Source: a virus. Taken from it: 59,154 nt of DNA. The stretch is from the IMG/VR virus record IMGVR_UViG_3300034072_000679, positions 1 through 59,154 of that record; one strand, 5' to 3'. Made by a program: the position numbers and the translations under genes. The notes under the pieces are model-generated. The model did no database searches. It was not told the DNA's origin and worked only from the letters and a program-made list of their open reading frames with translations. This document shows, piece by piece, positions 1-8,865 of this stretch; position 1 is the first letter of the stretch, and each line of letters begins with the position of its first letter.

Positions 1-127
1 GCCGTACATGCACCGCTGGTTCGTGGTGCCCCGGAACCCGGCGGGCGGCTGCTACATCCACCAGATAGTCCGTAGCGACAAGGACGTGCATCACGATCAC
101 CCTTGGGACAACACCAGCTATGTTCTC
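1..127. repeat. Terminal direct repeat; identical to 59028-59154 (circular contig overlap)
   Basis: Both copies read GCCGTACATGCACCGCTGG...CAGCTATGTTCTC; an ORF reads through the junction in frame. Confidence 0.95.
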
Positions 128-394
128 AATGGCGAGTACGACGAGGAGGTCCTGTTCCCGGCCAGCCGGGACACGGCGATCTTCCGCCGGGGGCCGGGCA
201 GCATCGTCCAGCGTAAGGCGACCGACGCTCACCGGCTGATCCTTGCGCCGGGGGCGGTCGTGACGACCCTGTTCTATCTCGGGCCGTGGCAGCGGGACTG
301 GGGCTTCCATTGCCCCGGCGGCTGGGTCCCGTGGTGGGAGTTCACGGACACCGACAAGGGGCGCGTAGGCCGTGGCTGCGGCGAGTACGCCTGA
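1..394 (+). CDS. 3' part of conserved phage protein with HHDHPWD cupin-like motif (continues from 58921..59154)
   Basis: ORF 8..394 is in frame with the ATG at 58921 across the repeat; YMHRWFVVP...HHDHPWDN motif; no family name recognised. Confidence 0.7.
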   Translation, partial: PYMHRWFVVPRNPAGGCYIHQIVRSDKDVHHDHPWDNTSYVLNGEYDEEVLFPASRDTAIFRRGPGSIVQRKATDAHRLILAPGAVVTTLFYLGPWQRDWGFHCPGGWVPWWEFTDTDKGRVGRGCGEYA

Positions 395-704
395 TCTGGA
401 GGCCGACGATTGGACTTCCGAGATACCTCTGAGGCTTCCGGTCCCGGCCTTGAAGCAGAAGGCGCACGACCTGTTCGATCCGATCTGGCGAGAGGATCGC
501 CTAGTCTCACGCAAGACGGCCTACGTGCTGCTGGCGGCGAAGCTGGGGGTCCCGGAGCCGCAGGCGCACTTCAAGCAGATGCCCCGGCACCGGATCGAGC
601 AGGCGATAGCCTTGCTACCCGACCTCCGGGCACAGATCAGGCGGTCACTAGGGACAGGCGGGGGCGGCCCGCGCTACTGCGAACCGCCCTTGACCGATTC
701 CTGA
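372..704 (+). CDS. Hypothetical protein, resembles the C-terminal half of DUF3268-type phage proteins
   Basis: ORF with protein-like composition (LKQKAHDLFDPIW...AYVLLAAKLGV); overlaps upstream gene end. Confidence 0.55.
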   Translation: MAAASTPDLEADDWTSEIPLRLPVPALKQKAHDLFDPIWREDRLVSRKTAYVLLAAKLGVPEPQAHFKQMPRHRIEQAIALLPDLRAQIRRSLGTGGGGPRYCEPPLTDS

Positions 705-1096
705 GCAAGTGCGAGTTCGACCCGACGACCGGGTGCGTGAACTGGATCGGGGGCAAGACCCGTGGCCGGGGCAAGACCTCGTTGTACGGGAGCTTCTGGT
801 ATGAGGGGAGATCGTGGCGCGTTCACCGCTGGGCCGCCCGATTCATTCACGGGCTGGAGATCGACGGGATGGAGGTCGATCACGAGTGCGGCAACACCCT
901 CTGCGTCCATCATCTACAGGCCGTCACGGGCGCTGTCAACCGGGAGCTATACTGGATCAGGGTCGAGGTCGGCCTAGAGCCGGAGCCAGACGAACCGGGG
1001 CCAGAGAGCGCCGGTATCCCGTGGTTCAGTCCTCCAGACTGGTTAGCGTCGGCCTGTGACCCAGCCGCTCAGCAGTCCGACGAACCTCCGTTCTGA
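671..1096 (+). CDS. HNH homing-endonuclease-like protein (HNH_3 type); no canonical start codon near expected N-terminus
   Basis: DRFLSKCEFDPTTGCVNWIGGK...VDHECGNTLCVHHLQAVT motifs in ORF 410..1096; the 410-670 part looks like off-frame high-GC sequence. Confidence 0.55.
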   Translation, partial: ALLRTALDRFLSKCEFDPTTGCVNWIGGKTRGRGKTSLYGSFWYEGRSWRVHRWAARFIHGLEIDGMEVDHECGNTLCVHHLQAVTGAVNRELYWIRVEVGLEPEPDEPGPESAGIPWFSPPDWLASACDPAAQQSDEPPF

Positions 1097-1220
1097 CCGG
1101 CTCGATCAGCGGCAGGCCCATCACGATCCGGGCGTAGTTGCGATCCCGCCGGATTGCGTTCAGCCAGACCTCGATCCGGCGGCCCTTGTCGTTGTTGAAG
1201 TTGTACCCTTGCCCGGCCAT
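1026..1220 (-). CDS. Small hypothetical protein
   Basis: Internal ATG at 1220 shares TAATG with the primase stop; 64 codons. Confidence 0.45.
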   Translation of the reverse strand: MAGQGYNFNNDKGRRIEVWLNAIRRDRNYARIVMGLPLIEPVRTEVRRTAERLGHRPTLTSLED

Positions 1221-3709
1221 TACAAGCCCTCCGGGTCGAGGTAGTCGCGGATGGCATCGCCTCGGGCGATCTCGTCCTCGGGCCACGCCCACGGCTTCAT
1301 GGACCAGTACTGGCGCTTCTCGCCGTTGACCTTGAAGCGACCGAGCAACGTGAAGCCGTATTGGCTCAGGAGGCGGCTCAGGGCCTTGCTCCGGGGTGCG
1401 AGAGCATCCGTGCCCATGAAGTGATCGGCGAGCTTGCCGCTGTCCAGCAGGAACTCGCTGTAATCGGGCTGGTCACTGGCCTCCAGCGTATCTTCCAGCG
1501 CCGTGACCTCCTCGGACTTGTTGAGCAGGATCATTTCGCGGCGATAGCTCGACTTCGGCGCACGAGCCTTCGGGTTGAAGTCGGGGCTGATATCCCGCAG
1601 CAAGAAGAACTGCCGGAGCGCACCCGCAAACTGGAGGATCGCGAACAGCCGGTCGTAGTAATGCGGGTTCTGAGACTTGAACAGGTCCAGATCGGTTGAC
1701 CGCTGGAACCGGGTGAAGATCGGGAAGATACGGCTATCCTCCTCACCAACCGGCATAGCGTCCTTCACGTTCGCCGTCATGATGTAGTTCATGGTGTTGA
1801 CGACCGAGTAGAGGTTCGTCTGCATCCGCCGGATCGAGACCTTGTGGTTCGTAATCATCGGCTTGAGGGTGTTGATAGCGTCGAAGCGATTGTTGCCGTG
1901 CAGGCGCACGTCCTCGATGAAGCACACCAGAGCGTTTTCCGCCCACGGGTTGTACTTCTCCTCCAGCGCGTTGCCCGCGATCAGGTTGACGTTGTTCTCG
2001 CCCAGAACGGCGCTCAGGACCGCCGAGAAGAACGACTTACCGTCGCCCTCGGCACCCTGCAACAGGATCGCCCAGTTCACCCGCTGGCCGGGGTACTTGA
2101 CGATGAAGGTCAGGAAATCGAGGAATATTCGACGGTCGTTCTCGTTCGCGATGATATGCTCAAGGTGTCCGAGGAAAATCTGAACGGCCTCCTCCTCGAC
2201 CGGCGAAAGCGGCCCCGGAAGTTCCGGGATTCCGGCTTCCGTGTAGCTGTTCGCGTAGTCGATCCCGTCGTACGAGTAGAGTGTCGGCTGTCCCGGCATG
2301 AACATGCGGTTATAGACGATGGGAATCTGATACAGATTGACGGCAGCATCGACCGGCTGCGTCTCCGGGGTGGACTTGCCTTCCAGCCGCTCGGTCGGAG
2401 TGAGCAGATAGCGGGAGTGGGCCACGTTGAAGGCAGCGCGGGTAAGCTGGGTCCGGTTGACGATGTTGAAAAGCTCGTCGGTCTCCGAGCAGTAGACCCA
2501 CGGCTTGACCCACGGCGGCGCGGAAATCATTTCGGTGTTCTCGTACCGAATCAGTTCGCGAACGAAACCGATTCTCGGGTTCTCCCCGGTGATCCGCTTC
2601 CAGTTCTGCTTGACCTTGCCAAGGATCAGTTCCCGGTTGTGTGCCGGGAGTTCGATCAGCTTGATCTGGGCGCACACAGCCGTAAGCTCGTCCACGGTCG
2701 TCGCACGGTGGATACCGTCGAGGAAGTCCTCGATCAGTTGCTTCGATTGCTGAGCCGCCGCTTCCTTGGAGAGCTTGAGGATGATCCGGCAGGTGATCGG
2801 GATATGCGCTTTGTCGCGGTTGTTGAAGGTCGGCCAGCGGTCCTCCAGAGCCTTGCGATCATAGTTATGCGCCGATTGCGACCAGCGGTCCCAGAGGTCG
2901 AAGCCCTCCTGCCCGCCGTCGTACTGGTGGTACAGCGCCATGCCGATCTGGAACCACGTATCGTGGTCCGTGTTGTCCTCGATCAGGAACAGCCTGCGCT
3001 CAAGCTCCTCGTCGCCGATCTGGACCTTGGGCCGGTAGGCGCTGAAAGGATCGTCGTCGTCATCGTCAATCGGGTTGACCAGACGGGTGATCGCGTTCTT
3101 CGTTTTCTTGGTCCAGCCGTGTTCGAGGAACAGGCTGAGGACCTTTTCCTTGATCTCCTTGGCCTGATCGTGCGTCAGGATCGGGAGTTCCGACCGAGGC
3201 AGGGTCAACGGAGAAGCCCCCAGCCACTTATAGGGCTTGCCCGTATCCGGGTGGACATGCGCCGCGACGAACTGCTGGCCGTCGGCGAGGATTTCGACCT
3301 TGGAGTCCCGGCCCTGACTGTCCAGCCACATGCCGGTATCGACCTTCGGGAACATGCCGCCCTTCTCTTGGCGGTAGACCCAGAGGACCTTGGGCGCGAA
3401 ACCGATTCGCTTGAGCGGAGTGTCGCCTACGACCTTGAGGATAATCTCCTGAACGCGGGCGATCATATCCTCGTCGCGGAGGTCGATGTCGATAGCCGGG
3501 ACCAGCCGGGACTTGATGCCGATCCCGTGACCACCTTTACCATCGGCGATGTAGTCGTGAACGCCTTCGACCGTACCGGCGAGCTTCTGCCAGTTCTTGC
3601 CAGCCGGGCGCTTCTCGCCCGGAATGATCGGGATGACCTCGTAACCGTTCTTGGCGATATCAACGCCAAATTCTTCCATGTAGCGCCGCGCGGCCATAGC
3701 TCCGGTCAC
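1220..3709 (-). CDS. Bifunctional primase-polymerase / SF3 (D5/P4-type) helicase
   Basis: 829 aa; N-terminal prim-pol like region (GYEVIPIIPGEKRP), PriCT-like middle (DTWFQIGMALYH), Walker A GAEGDGKS; ends DPEGL. Confidence 0.85.
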   Translation of the reverse strand: MTGAMAARRYMEEFGVDIAKNGYEVIPIIPGEKRPAGKNWQKLAGTVEGVHDYIADGKGGHGIGIKSRLVPAIDIDLRDEDMIARVQEIILKVVGDTPLKRIGFAPKVLWVYRQEKGGMFPKVDTGMWLDSQGRDSKVEILADGQQFVAAHVHPDTGKPYKWLGASPLTLPRSELPILTHDQAKEIKEKVLSLFLEHGWTKKTKNAITRLVNPIDDDDDDPFSAYRPKVQIGDEELERRLFLIEDNTDHDTWFQIGMALYHQYDGGQEGFDLWDRWSQSAHNYDRKALEDRWPTFNNRDKAHIPITCRIILKLSKEAAAQQSKQLIEDFLDGIHRATTVDELTAVCAQIKLIELPAHNRELILGKVKQNWKRITGENPRIGFVRELIRYENTEMISAPPWVKPWVYCSETDELFNIVNRTQLTRAAFNVAHSRYLLTPTERLEGKSTPETQPVDAAVNLYQIPIVYNRMFMPGQPTLYSYDGIDYANSYTEAGIPELPGPLSPVEEEAVQIFLGHLEHIIANENDRRIFLDFLTFIVKYPGQRVNWAILLQGAEGDGKSFFSAVLSAVLGENNVNLIAGNALEEKYNPWAENALVCFIEDVRLHGNNRFDAINTLKPMITNHKVSIRRMQTNLYSVVNTMNYIMTANVKDAMPVGEEDSRIFPIFTRFQRSTDLDLFKSQNPHYYDRLFAILQFAGALRQFFLLRDISPDFNPKARAPKSSYRREMILLNKSEEVTALEDTLEASDQPDYSEFLLDSGKLADHFMGTDALAPRSKALSRLLSQYGFTLLGRFKVNGEKRQYWSMKPWAWPEDEIARGDAIRDYLDPEGL
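2523..2533. repeat. GAAATSATTTC palindrome copy
   Basis: cGGAAATCATTTCGg; inside primase gene, read T-E-M-I-S on minus strand. Confidence 0.9.
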
Positions 3710-3975
3710 TCCGCGACGAAGATGTCAGGACGCAAAAATTCGCGCGGAAAGGTCTCGCGGCCCAGAAGCTCCTCGATCTTGAGACAGGTGTTGACGGTTA
3801 TGGTGCCGGTCGTGTTGAGTTGCATGTGCAGCATCGACGACGAGCCGCCGAGAGCCTGAGACAGCTTCCCGAGGCTCCCGCTTTTGTCGTGGTAGAACGC
3901 GGCCAGTCTTACGACAAACTCGGCTCTCTGGCCCGGCTCAACCCAAGCCGGGATCGGAAATTTCTCTACTGACAT
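3706..3975 (-). CDS. Helix-turn-helix DNA-binding protein (Cro/CI-like)
   Basis: 89 aa; GSLGKLSQALGGSSSMLHMQLN looks like an HTH; first gene of leftward primase operon. Confidence 0.6.
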   Translation of the reverse strand: MSVEKFPIPAWVEPGQRAEFVVRLAAFYHDKSGSLGKLSQALGGSSSMLHMQLNTTGTITVNTCLKIEELLGRETFPREFLRPDIFVAE

Positions 3976-4137
3976 GGAAAGCCCTTAGCCCTCGATTCGG
4001 CTGCAACGTGCCCGATCTGCTATTTTAACGCAAGTAAGTTTTGCCCTATTGACAGTAAATGGGGGCATGGGGCAAGTACGTGAGGCAACCCGATTCGGGG
4101 AGCGGTCGAATTATCCACAACCGGAGAAGTCAATACC
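3976..4137. promoter_or_regulatory. Divergent intergenic control region
   Basis: Lies between leftward 3975 and rightward 4138 starts; TTGACA at 4049-4054; GGGGCAAG (4069-4076) resembles the 56.4-kb iteron core. Confidence 0.4.
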
Positions 4138-4476
4138 ATGGGTATGATCGAACAGATCGCGGCGGACGTTGCCGCCATCAAGGAAATGCTGGCGAACGGT
4201 GCAGGTGCCCCGGCGGCAGCGGCGGCTGAGAAGCCGAAGCGCGCCCCGAAGGCGAAGGAGGAGAAGCCGAGCTTCACCGCCGACCAGCTTCGCGACAAGT
4301 TCCTCGAAGTCCAGCAGAAGCACGGCGATGCGGCGGCGAAGGCGTTGATCCGTGAGCAGGGCCACGAGAAGCTGGCGAACCTGATCGCCGACGCTGCCAA
4401 CTGGCAGAAGTACTGGGATGCGGCGGAGGAAAAGCTCGCCGAGGAGCCGGAAGGCGACGACAACGGCGGCCTCTGA
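4138..4476 (+). CDS. Hypothetical protein with acidic GGL C-terminus
   Basis: 112 aa; Ala/Lys-rich linker; ends EEPEGDDNGGL. Confidence 0.7.
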   Translation: MGMIEQIAADVAAIKEMLANGAGAPAAAAAEKPKRAPKAKEEKPSFTADQLRDKFLEVQQKHGDAAAKALIREQGHEKLANLIADAANWQKYWDAAEEKLAEEPEGDDNGGL

Positions 4477-4660
4477 GCCATCGAGATCGGCAGTCTGCGC
4501 GGGCGTTGATCCCGAGCCAAGCGCGGACTGCCAGCCCTCGGGTCGCACCGAGGGGCCGGGGAAGGTGAACGTGCTTCGACGACGCGTAAGCCTTCCCCGG
4601 CTTAGTTGGAGACCGGGCTACTGCGACCCAAGCCCGGTCTCCTACTAAGCCGGGGATACC
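4477..4660 (+). promoter_or_regulatory. Highly structured intergenic leader with four inverted repeats, two mutually exclusive
   Basis: Stems 4489-4532, 4534-4553, 4556-4565/4591-4600 and a 24-bp stem 4595-4618/4632-4655 ending 5 nt before the ATG at 4661. Confidence 0.6.
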
Positions 4661-5947
4661 ATGTCCGAACACCATCCGATCACTGACCAGATGCTCGCGG
4701 ACAAGAACGCCACGGGCCACTCGATCTTTGGGCCGTCTAGCGCACACCGCTGGATGCGTTGCCCGCGATCCCTTATTGCCGGACATCTGGCAGGCGACAA
4801 CCCGAGCTACTACGCGGCAGAGGGGTCCATAGCGCACTGGCTGGCCGAGGACTGGCTTCTCAATGGCAATCCTTATCGACATTTGGGCACGATCCACGAG
4901 AAAGACGGGTTCGAGATCGAGATCACCGAGGAAATGATTTCCTACGTCGAGGAGTACGTGTCGCTGGTCTCGACGATGCCCGGCAAGCACTACGTCGAAG
5001 TCAAGGTTGATCTTTCCAAATATACCCCTGTCCCCAGCTTCGGCACTTCCGATCACATTAGCGCCGAGTGGGGCATCCTGCGCGTCAAGGACCTCAAGTA
5101 CGGCAAGGTTTGGGTCGAGGCCGAAGATAACGAGCAAGGGCAGGCGTATGCTCTGGGCGCGTTCGAGGAGCTTGACTGGCTCTACAACTTCCAGACCATC
5201 GAGATTCAGATCGTCCAGCCGCGCCGGGATAACTACGATGTCTGGACCATCACCCGAGAGCAACTTCTTGAGTTCGGGGAGCGGTATCGCGAGGCCGCGC
5301 ACAAGGCGTGGGACCCGGAGGCTCCGTACAACCCGGACCCGATTGCTTGCGAGTACTGCCCGGCCCGGTTCGCCTGCCCGGCGCTCGCCGCCGTCAAGGT
5401 CAAGCTCGCGGCAGCCAGCTTCGACGATCTCGATGATACCGAGATGACCCCGTCTCAAGCCGTGGCCGTGATCGAGCAGGAAATGGTTTCCACGCCCCGG
5501 CTCCCTGCTTTCAACGAAGTCCCGGTCGAACGGCTCGCCCAGATTTACGAGTGGCGACCGATTCTGGAGAAGTATTTCCGGGAGATGTACGACTATCTGC
5601 TCAAGAAGCTGGAGATGGATGTCGAAGTTCCGGGGCAAAAACTCGGTATGGGCCGGGCGGGGAACCGTAAATGGACAGACGAGAAGGCCGCTCGTCGTAT
5701 GCTCAGAGGTCGTGGTATTACGGATATCGACATGTACGAGCAAAAATTCATTTCCCCTGCTCAGGCAGTTCAGCTATTAAGGGTTTCCCTTGGGGGCACG
5801 ATCAAGGAGAACGACGCGAGAATTGCGCCGTTCGTCTATCAGCCGCCGGGGAAAGTGACGATGATCCCAGCCAGCGACAAGCGGGAGGGGATTGCGTCAG
5901 CGGTGTCTGCGTTCGATGACGACGTAGATTCCATCGGTAACTCGTGA
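4661..5947 (+). CDS. PD-(D/E)XK nuclease, DUF2800/Cas4-like
   Basis: 428 aa; GTSDH...DLKYGK nuclease motif, C-terminal CEYCPARFACP cysteine cluster; synteny with DUF2815 and PolA. Confidence 0.8.
   Translation: MSEHHPITDQMLADKNATGHSIFGPSSAHRWMRCPRSLIAGHLAGDNPSYYAAEGSIAHWLAEDWLLNGNPYRHLGTIHEKDGFEIEITEEMISYVEEYVSLVSTMPGKHYVEVKVDLSKYTPVPSFGTSDHISAEWGILRVKDLKYGKVWVEAEDNEQGQAYALGAFEELDWLYNFQTIEIQIVQPRRDNYDVWTITREQLLEFGERYREAAHKAWDPEAPYNPDPIACEYCPARFACPALAAVKVKLAAASFDDLDDTEMTPSQAVAVIEQEMVSTPRLPAFNEVPVERLAQIYEWRPILEKYFREMYDYLLKKLEMDVEVPGQKLGMGRAGNRKWTDEKAARRMLRGRGITDIDMYEQKFISPAQAVQLLRVSLGGTIKENDARIAPFVYQPPGKVTMIPASDKREGIASAVSAFDDDVDSIGNS
4931..4941. repeat. GAAATSATTTC palindrome copy
   Basis: gGGAAATGATTTCCt-like context GAGGAAATGATTTCCTAC; read E-E-M-I-S. 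Confidence 0.9.
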
Positions 5948-5963
5948 AGCAAGGAATACGAAT

Positions 5964-6614
5964 ATGAGTGAGACTGCCACCCCCCGTACCGTCGTCAAGT
6001 CGGCCAAGAACGCTGCCGGTCAGACCATTGCCAAGCTCTACAGCGATGGCACGATCCTGATCGCCGATGTTCGGATCAGCTACCCCCACGTCGATAAGAT
6101 GTGGCGGAAGAACGACAAGGACACCCCGGCCTACTCGGCAACGGGCATCCTGCCGACCAAGACGCACCAGCCCGCCATCGACCTCTTGCTGGAAGTCTGT
6201 GATGACATCCTCAAGGATCGCAACAAGGGCACCGACATCAAGGATGACCTCAAGTTCATCCGCGATGGGGGTCCGACCAAGAAGCCCGAGTACGCGGGCG
6301 CTTGGATCGTCGCCAGCCGCGAAACCGAGAAGCCCACGGTCCTCCACCCGGACAAGTCCGAGATGGAATCGCCCGAGGAAATCAAGGCCAACATCAAGGC
6401 TGGCTACTACATCGACATGCTGGTCCAGCCGTGGTGGCAGGATAACGAGCATGGCAAGCGTATTAACGCGAGCCTGCGCGCCGTCCGTCTCCGCCGCGAA
6501 GGCCCGCTGATCGCTGAGGGCGGCATCTCCAAGGATCAGGCCATCGCGTCGTTCGACGATGACGACGAGGGCGGATTCGGCGGCGGTGACGACGACGATA
6601 TGGGCGGCCTGTAA
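5964..6614 (+). CDS. DUF2815-type putative ssDNA-binding protein with acidic GGL tail
   Basis: 216 aa; position between DUF2800 nuclease and PolA; ends GGGDDDDMGGL. Confidence 0.7.
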   Translation: MSETATPRTVVKSAKNAAGQTIAKLYSDGTILIADVRISYPHVDKMWRKNDKDTPAYSATGILPTKTHQPAIDLLLEVCDDILKDRNKGTDIKDDLKFIRDGGPTKKPEYAGAWIVASRETEKPTVLHPDKSEMESPEEIKANIKAGYYIDMLVQPWWQDNEHGKRINASLRAVRLRREGPLIAEGGISKDQAIASFDDDDEGGFGGGDDDDMGGL

Positions 6615-6688
6615 GGCGGCCCGGCGGCCCGGACAAGTCGTGCGGGAGATCGCACGGGGAGCCGGGCCGCCACCGCCTCTGATCTGCT

Positions 6689-8863
6689 ATGGGACGCACC
6701 CGACTCCACCACGACTACGAAGTCAAGAGTGAAGTCGATCTCCTTGCTCAGGGGATCGACCTTTACTCGTCTCACCAGTCCACCAAGGTTCTCATGTGTT
6801 CGTGGTCTCTCGACGACGAACCGACCCAGCTTTGGGTCCCAGCAGAAGGGGAGCCGATACCCTCCGACCTCAAGGAGGCCCTGCGGGACCCGGAGGTCGA
6901 TAAGATTGCGTTCAACGCTCAGTTCGAGCGGTGGATCGCTTGGCGCGTCCTCAAGCGCCAGATCGGGCTGGAGATCGAGCGCACCTACAAGCCGTGGCGC
7001 TGCTCCATGGCGCTCGCCTACATGTTCTCGTTCATGGGCGGTCTCGACGACATCGCGGACCAGATGTCCCTGCGCCACCGGAAGGACCCCCGTGGCCGGG
7101 CGCTGATCCGAGAGTTCTGTATGCCCAACAAGCCGACGAAGAAGCAGCCCTTCGTCTGGCGCGACCAACACAGCGATCCCGAGGATTGGGAGACGTTCAA
7201 GAAGTACTGTATCCGAGACAATGAATCGGAGAAAGAGCTTTGGTCCAAGCTGATTAAGTTCGGGGTCCCGGACTTCCAGTGGGACCTGTACGAGCTTGAC
7301 CAGATCATCAACGACCGGGGCCTCCCGATTAACCGCCGGTTCGTCGAGAACGCACTGGCAATCGCAGGGCGTCGTAAGACGGAACTCATTTCCGAGCAGA
7401 ACCGGATCACAGGTCTCGCGAACGCCAACAGCGGCGCTCAGCTTCTCCCGTGGCTGATCGACCGGGGCTACCCGTACGAAAACCTCCAGAAACAGAACAT
7501 AGTCAAGCTGCTGGCGGCAGAGGAGGAGGAAGTCCGCAACCCCTCGCCGACCTACGACTACGAGCAGAGAAAGCTCGTACCGAACAGCTACCCGGAGGCG
7601 TACTTCAATCCGCTGGGTCAGGTGGAGGGCAACGCTGTCCTGACGGCAGAGTGCCGGACTGTCCTGCGGATGCGGCAGGCATCGAGCAAGACTTCGACGA
7701 CCAAGTACGAAGCGACCATGGACCGGCTCGCCGACGACGACCGCTTGCGCCACTGTTTCCAGTACGCAGGCGGCTCGCGGACGAACCGCTGGGCCGGTCG
7801 GGCGCTCCAGCCGCAGAACCTCCCCAGAACGCCAAAATGGCTTGAGCCGGAGGACTACATCAACTTTGACCGGCTCGACTACTGCAATAGCCTGATCGAA
7901 GCCGGAGATTACGCCACTCTGGGCGTGTTCGCGGGCGAACAGATGGACGCGGTGGCCGGATGCGTCCGATCCACGATTCAGGCTTCCGAAGGCAAGAAGC
8001 TCGTTGTCAGCGATCTCTCCTCGATTGAGTCGGTGGTGATCTTCTGGATCACGGATTGCGAGCGCGGCTTGAATGTGTTCTGGAGTGGCAAGTGCGCTTA
8101 CAAGGACTTCGCGACCGATCTGTATGGTGTGCCCTATGAGGAAGTCACCAAGGCGCAGAGATCGGGCGCTAAGCCTGCGGTGTTGGGCGCAGGCTATCGT
8201 CTGTCAGGCGGCGAGCTACGAGACGGCGAGAAAACCGGCCTCTGGGCGTACGCCGAGAACATGGGTATCCAGATGACGCGCGAGGAGGCCAACCGCGCCG
8301 TGGATGTGTTCCGGGATACCTACAGCGAGATCAAGAACGCTTGGTACCAGATCGAGGATACCATCGAGCGCGCCATGGCGGCGGGCGGCAAGATCGTGAA
8401 GTGGGGCCATCTGGAGTTCCAGATCGTCAAGCCTTTCCTGCGCGTTGGGCTGCCGTCAGGCCGGTCTATGTGGTACTACCAGCTTCGGGTCGAGAAGTAC
8501 GAGGCAGAGGGTCGCTACGGCCCGTACATGCGGACCAATATCTCGTACATGGGAAAGTGCCAGATCACGCAGCAATGGAAGCGTATCGAGAGCCACGGCG
8601 GCAAGTTCATCGAGAACTTCGTGCAGGCCCTCGCCCGCGACATCCTCGGTTTCGGGATGCTGGCGGCGCACGAGGCAGGCTACTACATCTGCGGGCATGT
8701 TCACGACGAAATCATTTCCGAGGAGGACGAGGACGACGAGGTCCACAACCTCGACGGCTTGCGCCATTGCATGACTAAAGCTATCCAAGAGAAATACGCC
8801 TTCCTGCGTACCATGCCGCTCAACGCTGCCGGGTATGAGGGTCGAGTTTACAAGAAGGATTGA
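6689..8863 (+). CDS. Family A DNA polymerase with N-terminal 3'-5' exonuclease region
   Basis: 724 aa; DLSSIESVV (motif A), RSGAKPAVLGAGY (motif B), HVHDEI (motif C), QPQNLPR. Confidence 0.9.
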   Translation: MGRTRLHHDYEVKSEVDLLAQGIDLYSSHQSTKVLMCSWSLDDEPTQLWVPAEGEPIPSDLKEALRDPEVDKIAFNAQFERWIAWRVLKRQIGLEIERTYKPWRCSMALAYMFSFMGGLDDIADQMSLRHRKDPRGRALIREFCMPNKPTKKQPFVWRDQHSDPEDWETFKKYCIRDNESEKELWSKLIKFGVPDFQWDLYELDQIINDRGLPINRRFVENALAIAGRRKTELISEQNRITGLANANSGAQLLPWLIDRGYPYENLQKQNIVKLLAAEEEEVRNPSPTYDYEQRKLVPNSYPEAYFNPLGQVEGNAVLTAECRTVLRMRQASSKTSTTKYEATMDRLADDDRLRHCFQYAGGSRTNRWAGRALQPQNLPRTPKWLEPEDYINFDRLDYCNSLIEAGDYATLGVFAGEQMDAVAGCVRSTIQASEGKKLVVSDLSSIESVVIFWITDCERGLNVFWSGKCAYKDFATDLYGVPYEEVTKAQRSGAKPAVLGAGYRLSGGELRDGEKTGLWAYAENMGIQMTREEANRAVDVFRDTYSEIKNAWYQIEDTIERAMAAGGKIVKWGHLEFQIVKPFLRVGLPSGRSMWYYQLRVEKYEAEGRYGPYMRTNISYMGKCQITQQWKRIESHGGKFIENFVQALARDILGFGMLAAHEAGYYICGHVHDEIISEEDEDDEVHNLDGLRHCMTKAIQEKYAFLRTMPLNAAGYEGRVYKKD
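8708..8718. repeat. GAAATSATTTC palindrome copy
   Basis: GACGAAATCATTTCCGAG in PolA, directly after motif C; read D-E-I-I-S. Confidence 0.9.
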
Positions 8864-8865
8864 CG

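Noticed and set aside
1844-3859. Long ORFs antisense to clear genes. Examples are 1844..3859 (+), 4274..5743 (-), 6536..7753 (-), 15090..17162 (-), 19042..20649 (-), 25310..27958 (-), 39478..41487 (+) and 44111..45205 (+).
   Set aside because: These are typical shadow ORFs of high-GC DNA. Their products are Arg/Gly/Pro/Leu-rich low-complexity sequence. Each fully overlaps a gene with recognisable motifs on the other strand.
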